A stretch of 64,000 nt of DNA from Octopus vulgaris (taxonomy: Eukaryota), in NCBI GenBank assembly GCA_951406725.2, contig OX597840.1, positions 19,220,001 to 19,284,000 of the forward strand, given 5' to 3'. The notes under the pieces are model-generated. The model was not told the origin of the DNA and did not search any database. It worked only from the letters and a program-made list of their open reading frames with translations. Positions 56,717 through 64,000 of this stretch are shown one piece after another; within the stretch, counting starts at the first letter, position 1; each line of letters starts with the position of its first letter. The position numbers and the translations under genes were made by a program.

Positions 56717-57511
56717 ATGAGAGTGGTATAAGAACAAGATAAACAAGTAGAATTACTGCTGCTTCTACTATGGCTGTTATTGCAACAACAACAACAACAA
56801 CAAGTACTACAACCACTAAAACTACTAGTATTCATACTGCTACTCTCTGTTGCTGCAGCACCTGCTGCTGCTGCTACTACTACTACTGCTGCCACTACTT
56901 GGACAAATGTTATGAATCTTGTGAGATAGAACAGACATTGTAAATCAAAGAATGGTAATTCCATTGATCTCGGAGATTCCAAATGTCTTGGAGGCTCTGA
57001 CTGATGAGTTAAGATCACGAATGCAATATATTAGTGAACAGGCCATATACGGACAGAGACACACTCGCATGAACACAAACACACAAACACACACTCGCAC
57101 ACACAAAATGGGTATATATATATAAATGCATATATATTTATATATATGTACCTATTAATCATGACGAATGCACAATGTTTATATTCTATATTTAAATTAA
57201 ATGTTTTTGGAATGGTGCCAAATGTTTCGCTTATCCATTTTCTATTTCTCTCTGTCCATTCTCTCTCCCTTCTCCCCATCTCTCCCTCTACACACACACA
57301 CACACACACATACACACACACACATATATATATATACGTAAATGTCGAACAATGAGAATTAGAAATCAACACGCCATTGATTGATAAAATTTCTTTATTT
57401 GTGTATTAAGGCTACCACTGGTTTCGTGTTAGGAAGCATATCTTAATATTTTAACAATTTTTCAAGTCAGTTACATGAAGGGATGGTGTTTGTCTCCATT
57501 TTGGATGAAAA

Positions 57512-57564
<53 letters not shown>

Positions 57565-57660
57565 TATATATAGTTAATCCAAACATGAAAACACATCAAC
57601 GCGAGGACGTGGAACAAATATAATATTATTGGACGCTTAGGAAGGAAGGGAAGAAGGAGG

Positions 57661-57696
57661 GTTTAACGTTTCGAGCGGAACTCTTCGTCGGAAACA
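57661..57696 (-). ncRNA. Minimal hammerhead motif (U4C variant) in a Penelope-like terminal fragment (57572-57772)
   Basis: Minus strand GTTT CCGACGA a GAG ttccg CTC GAAA CG TT AAAC: stem I GTTT/AAAC, palindromic stem III AACGTT. The element ends in (TA)n. Confidence 0.6.
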
Positions 57697-58460
57697 TAGG
57701 AGAAGGAAAGATCCAGAGAAAGGAAGACAGAGGGAAAAAATCGCCAACGGTACACACGCGGTCACATTTTGAATATGTGTGTGTGTGTGTGTGTGTTTGG
57801 GTATTAAAGCTACCATTGGTTTCATGTTAAGAAAAATATCTCACTATCTTAAAAATTTTTGAAGTCGATCTCATGGAGTAATGGTGTTCGTCTCCATTTT
57901 GAGTAAAGCGCGAAAATTCGCGGGAATTCACAAATAACTCTGGTAAAGAAGAAATCAAAGGGCGTGACTCTTGCATGACACTTTTGGAGTGATTATCCTA
58001 TTATATTCTTTTATTCCTTTGCTTGTTTCAGTCATTTGACTGCGGCCATGCTGGAGCACCACCTTTGGTCGTACAAACTGATCCCAGGACTTTGTAAGTC
58101 TGTGCTACAAAGGATTACCAGAGTTGAATTTTGTTGCCATTTGAACTGTCTTTATTCCTTCTTTTTCTCTTCTCTGTCTTTTTGCTCTTTTTTGTGTTTG
58201 CATTAAAGACTTTTATTTGAACATTTTTTATTTTGCTGGGGACTTTGATATTTTATATTTTAGTTTATTTTATCAATGGTAAATTCTAAATGAATTAACT
58301 CAGAAATTGGGACCGATCCAATAATAACGATTGTTTAGAAATTTCTATCGGCTTGCTTTCGAGACGCGTGTTTATAGTGATAAATTATGTGGTTATTGAA
58401 GATTAAGTCTACTTTCGGCATATTTGACATTGGAATTTTCTTTTTTTGCCCTTGTTTATA

Positions 58461-58496
<36 letters not shown>

Positions 58497-58504
<8 letters not shown>

Positions 58505-59170
58505 AAAAAAGGTTTGAAAATGCAATTTAAACGATGTTTATTTACTTAACCGGTTTCACTCTTTGGTAAAAGATTGTCAAAAGTAACATTAAAAGTATCA
58601 TTGAATAATATGGGTTCAAAAAAAGTTTTTTACATAATTGTCACATTGAATATTATGCATTCAAAAAAGTTTTTTACATAATTGTCACATTGGATATTAT
58701 GAATTCAAAAATGTTTTTTTATACATAATTGTCACATTACATGTATAAATATAGTGTTTCGTAACAGAGAAGTTCAATAGTGTGATGAGAATATTTGGAA
58801 AAATTGGCAGAAAAGGATAGAACAAATATATTATTGGAAATTTGGTTGCGTTAATTATTGGTTGTCGCAAATTGTCACATTACATGTATATATATATATA
58901 TATATGTCTTTGGCATATATATACAATCTTTTGACAGCAAAAATTAAAATGGATTTTTTATACATCTCAGAATATTTTTGAATGCATAATATTCAATGTG
59001 ACAATTATGTAAAAAACTTTTTTGAACCCATATTATTCAATGATACTTTTAATGTTACTTTTGACAATCTTTTACCAAAGAGTGAAACCGGTTAAGAAAT
59101 AAACATCGTTTAAATTGCATTTTCAAACCTTTTTTCTTATATAATCCCACTCGTGCGATACCCCACAACT
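58497..59170. mobile_element. Penelope-like tail-out inverted repeat between (TA)n tracts with a U3-A8 hammerhead motif
   Basis: About 170-bp near-identical arms (58497-58667, 58975-59143). TTACTT TTGACAA TCTTT tacc AAAGA gt GAAA CCGG TT AAGTAA at 58542-58586 (-) and 59055-59099 (+). About 42-bp tandem repeats in the spacer. Confidence 0.75.
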
Positions 59171-59174
59171 CAAC

Positions 59175-59248
<74 letters not shown>

Positions 59249-59821
59249 CACTTTATCAATAAAACTGCGAATACATCGCAAAAACTGTTACTCAGAGTTT
59301 CACTTTTCAGTTCATCTGACAGTTTAGGTTGAGAGTGGAACAAAATATGGTTATATGCATAAATATACAATTGCTTTGATAGATATACATTTGAAAATGG
59401 TTTTGTTTCATTGGTCCTTTCAACAAACGGTCTTTTCAAGAACCGGTTATATGAAATTGCAATTACGATTTAAAATCATATAAAAATCGAAGAAAATCTT
59501 AAATCACAAACTAGTTTTAGTAGAAAGAAAAGAACGCTGTATACTCAGGGTAAATTAATTAATGGTAAAAAATAATCATTTTATATAAATTAAAAGCCTT
59601 GGAGTGGCAAATTGTGGCCCCCAAGGAATGGCTAAAAAACTATGACTAGAGAATGGTGGTGTTGCGGACCTATTGCAATTCTTTGTAAGCCTAGTACTTA
59701 GTTTATCGGACTGTTTTGCCGACCCGCTAAGTTACGGGGACGTGAACACACAAACATAGCTGTCAAGCGATGGTAGGGTAACGAAAAGACACACAAATAT
59801 ATACGCATATACATACATACA

Positions 59822-59914
<93 letters not shown>

Positions 59915-60467
59915 GCGTACATATATATATATATATATATATATGTACGACGGGCTTCTTTTAGTTTCCGTCTAACAAATCCACTCACAAGGCTTTGGTC
60001 GGCCCAAGGCTATAGTAGAAGACACTTGCCGAAGGTGCCACGCGGTGGGACTAAATCTGAAACCATGTGCTTGAGAAGCAAGCTCCCCACCACGCAGCCA
60101 CGCCTGCGCCTGTATATATATGTGTGTGAGTGTGTATGTGTGTGTGTGTATACATATATATATATGTGTGTGTGAATGTATGTATGTATGTATATATATA
60201 TATATATATATATTTATTTATATATATATATATTTCTCGTTATACATATATACATATATTTTTACATATTTCATTTTTCCATTTGATTTGCAAGATTCTT
60301 TATGTGAATTCGTGTTTTGAAGCATTTTATTGTCTGGGGTGAGCCATTCTCTTTTAATGCCTTATTGCTTAACACACTCACCGGTTCGACTACTGAAGAT
60401 GTTGCAAGACCCAACTTTAGAAAAGATAAATAATGAGTGGAAATCGAATCGGTGAGCGTGTCAAGCA

Positions 60468-60904
60468 GCCATACTATGGGATATGCCAATACACACAGAT
60501 AGAGAAATTAAGGCCAACAGACCAGATATAGTTGTCAGAGATCATGAAGAAAAAAATGCTTTCTAATTGATGTATCAATACCGGCAGATGACAACGTTTC
60601 TCTAAAAGAAATGGAGAAACTTTCAAAATACAAAGATCTGGAATTAGAGGTAACTCGAATGTGGAGCCTAAAAACAGAAACAATTCTTATCATAGTAGGC
60701 GCATTAGGTATGATAAATATATACAACATACAGAAAATTGCACTACTGGGCACTGCACACATCCTACGCAAAACACTTTCAATACAGTAACCATAAGGGC
60801 AACACAGCAAACCACAGTACATACCCAAGGCACACAGAGCTGCGCTCGTAGTGAAGTGAAAGCATGTTATAAAAATAAAACTACTGAATAATAATAATAA
60901 TAAT
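60468..60904 (+). mobile_element. R4/Dong LINE REL endonuclease and 3'UTR with (TAA)n tail
   Basis: ILWDMPIHTDREIKANRPDIVVRD, frameshift, CFLIDVSIPADDNVSLKEMEKLSKYKDLELEVTRMW...IVGALG, deletion, IQKIALLGTAHILRKTLSIQ*. These are the PD..D/K..KY motifs. Confidence 0.93.
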
Positions 60905-61687
60905 GTTTAAGTAAATATTATTATCATGGACCTCGACTAGGCAGAATTTAAATTAGCTTATACTAGGGCACGTTAGGGAGAAAATTCCCCTAATGGGAAA
61001 CTTGTCTTCAAAAATAGGACCGGGGTAATGTTTTGAAAAGAATGTGCGTTTTATATGCTATCGATTACAATAAATTGCATAGGTATTGAAGATCAGAAAT
61101 AACTGAATGATATGAGATCGAACACGGAACCTCATATAACTACGATATTTGATACTTAACTATTCATGTCTGCTAGGAGAATTTTGTATAGTTATTTGAG
61201 AAAACCTATGAGGTCATTTGAATTCTAATGCAAGTAATTTGGGGAAGATAATGGAACATCAGTCAAATGACCAGACACTAAATCTTAACTATTGGATGCA
61301 CTCCATACGATGTTCAATACAAATTAATCAAACTCCATCCATTTAGGAGGGGAAACAAGTTTTGATGTATGTACGTATTTATGCATATGCCTTTGTATGT
61401 ATGTATTTAAGAATATGTGTGTGTATGTATGTGGGTGTGTATATATATATGTGTGTGTGTGTGTGTGTATGTCTACATATATACATACATATGCATATAC
61501 GTGTGTGTGCGTCTATTATGTATATATGTTTATATAAATATGTACATATGTATATATACATGTATACATATATGCATATATCTCTGTTTATCTATCTATC
61601 TATCTAATTATATATCTATCTATTTCTCTATCTTTCTCTCGTACGCGTGTTTGTCCAAATATAAGTGCACGTGTATGAGTATGTGAA

Positions 61688-61794
<107 letters not shown>

Positions 61795-61876
61795 ATATAT
61801 ATTTATATGATATATGAATATATATTTATATATATATTTATAAATATATGAATATGTATGTATATATGTACATATA

Positions 61877-61944
<68 letters not shown>

Positions 61945-62324
61945 ATATATATATATATGCTCACATATAAATACATATGCAAATATCATTATGATATATA
62001 TTATATACAGTTACTATATCAAATGTATATATATGCACATGTGTGTATGTGTGTCTGTGTGTATTAATATGTATATGTATAGGTATACATACACGTGTCG
62101 GATTTCAACGAATTTCTATTCCAGAGAATGAAACGGAATTGGCTTTTTCGTAATTCCAAGAAAATTAGGTTCACAGACATCTTGAAATGAAATCACTCAT
62201 CAAGCCATTCTTGTATTCTTCGATTCTGATCTTTTTATCCATTTTAAAGAGCATTCTTCAACAATGGGATATCATTTCTATGACAGGGAACTGCAATAAC
62301 CATGATTAATAACAGCATGAATAA

Positions 62325-62327
62325 CAT

Positions 62328-62363
<36 letters not shown>

Positions 62364-62369
62364 CATTGC

Positions 62370-62428
<59 letters not shown>

Positions 62429-62533
62429 TTGATAAAAGAAGGAAGAACAGAAAAAAGATGGAGTAAGGAAGAAAGGAAAAAGAGATGAAGGGGAAATGAA
62501 GCGGGAGTAGTAGCAGCTGTAGTAGTAGCAGCT

Positions 62534-62584
<51 letters not shown>

Positions 62585-62585
62585 A

Positions 62586-62618
<33 letters not shown>

Positions 62619-63240
62619 CAGCATCAGCAATGGTGGCTGCAGCGACGGTGGTGGCTGCGGCGACGGTGGTGGCTGCGGCAACGGTGGTGGTTGCGGAGGT
62701 GGCGGTGGTACAATGACAGTGGTGGCACAATATTAGTGGTGGCACTGCGGTAGTGGCGGCAGCGGTTGAGGCGACAGCGGAAGTGGAACCAGTGGTGGCA
62801 CGACGGTGAGGCGGGGACGGTGGCAGGGTGGGGAGGTGGTGGCGGTAGGACAATAGTGAAGTTGGCACGACAGCGCAGCGGCAGTGGCTGTGGTGTTGAT
62901 GGTGGTGGTGGTGGTGGTGGTGGTGGTGGTGGTGGTGGTGTTGGTTATGGTATTGGTGGTGGTGTTGGTGGTGGTTGCGGCGGTGGTGGTGGTGGTGGTG
63001 GTGGTGATGGTGTTGGTTATGGTATTGGTGGTGGTGTTGGTGGTGGTTGCGGCGGCGGTGGTGGTGGTGGTGGTGGTGATGGTGGCGGTGGTGGTGTTGG
63101 TGGTGGTGGTGGTGGTGGCGGCGGTGGTGGTGGTGGTGGTGGTGGTGGTGGTGGTGGTGGTGGTGGTGGTGGTGGTGGTGGTGGTGGTGGCGGTGGTGGT
63201 GGTGGTGGTGGTGGCGGCGGCGGTTGTGGTAATGGTGATT
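62325..63240. repeat. Compound (ACT)/(AAT)/(AGT)/(GGT)n low-complexity block
   Basis: Directly visible; internal ~72-bp duplication at 62938-63080. Confidence 0.95.
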
Positions 63241-64000
63241 GTGTTTGCTGTCGTGGTAGATATAGTAGTAGACAAAAGAGAAAGAGAGAAAGAAAGAAAG
63301 GAAGAGAGAAGGAATAAGGGAAGACTATAAGACGTGAAAGGATGAATAAATTAGCTACTAATAAGTTTCGATGTAAAATAAACGAAATCAAAAACAACAA
63401 CAACAATGTCAGCAGCAACGAAAATGAAAATTTTTTTAAGGTTAATACCCCGTTCGGTTGCAACATGTGTAAAACTACTGCTAAACATTTCATTCACCTA
63501 AATATGTTTCCGGAACGTAATAGATTTATAATAGGAATACTGATAAATTTCGTTCCAATTTTGCGCATAAATCTGTTACTGGAAAACCAAATATAAATAA
63601 TTAAAATCTAAAGCTTTTATCAACATTTAATCTTTTTCCGTTTGTGCAATGGTTTTAACCTTACAAATTGCCATTTAAACAGTTTGTTTATCGATTTGGT
63701 AATTTGTTGTACGGAAACATATATTTAATGACTCGGTTTCCAAGGTGTTTATAGGGTTGACGGCAAATCAGTGCAACTTATGATATAATCAACACATCTA
63801 TGCATTCAGAAATCCTGAAGGATGTTTTAGTAACTATTTGTTGATATATTTTTACAAAAACTTATCTAAAGCTATGGGAGAAAAGAAAAAAGAGAAACAT
63901 TCATATATACATGCATGCATACATCTGTGAGTGTGCATGTATGCATGCATGTACGTACTAACTGTTTATATGTGTATGTGCATATATATATCTATATATT

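Noticed and set aside
56995-57035. CTGATGAG...CGAAT as a hammerhead
   Set aside because: GAAA is broken and there is no convincing stem I or III.

Overview
This is AT-rich, microsatellite-saturated eukaryotic DNA. The SINE and LINE repertoire points to an octopus-like cephalopod (inference). Almost every ORF in the supplied track is a translation of simple repeats. The only host-gene signal is a plausible terminal coding exon at 22373-22601 (+), with two speculative upstream exons. The rest is transposon debris: two abundant tRNA-derived SINE families, R4/Dong-type REL LINE 3' ends, RTE 3' ends (one with three C2H2-like fingers), a decayed mariner, MITEs and a Penelope GIY-YIG remnant. Two things stand out. 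(1) Several unrelated (TA)n-associated Penelope-type elements, mostly tail-out inverted repeats, carry minimal hammerhead-ribozyme motifs showing C3-G8, G3-C8 and U3-A8 core pairings. (2) A site-specific retroelement inserts at one fixed position in a tRNA-SINE head (16-bp duplication) and shares its 3' tail with a SINE that stacks into ~184-bp tandem arrays inside its own head. Everything was read by eye, so coordinates are approximate and family names need database confirmation.
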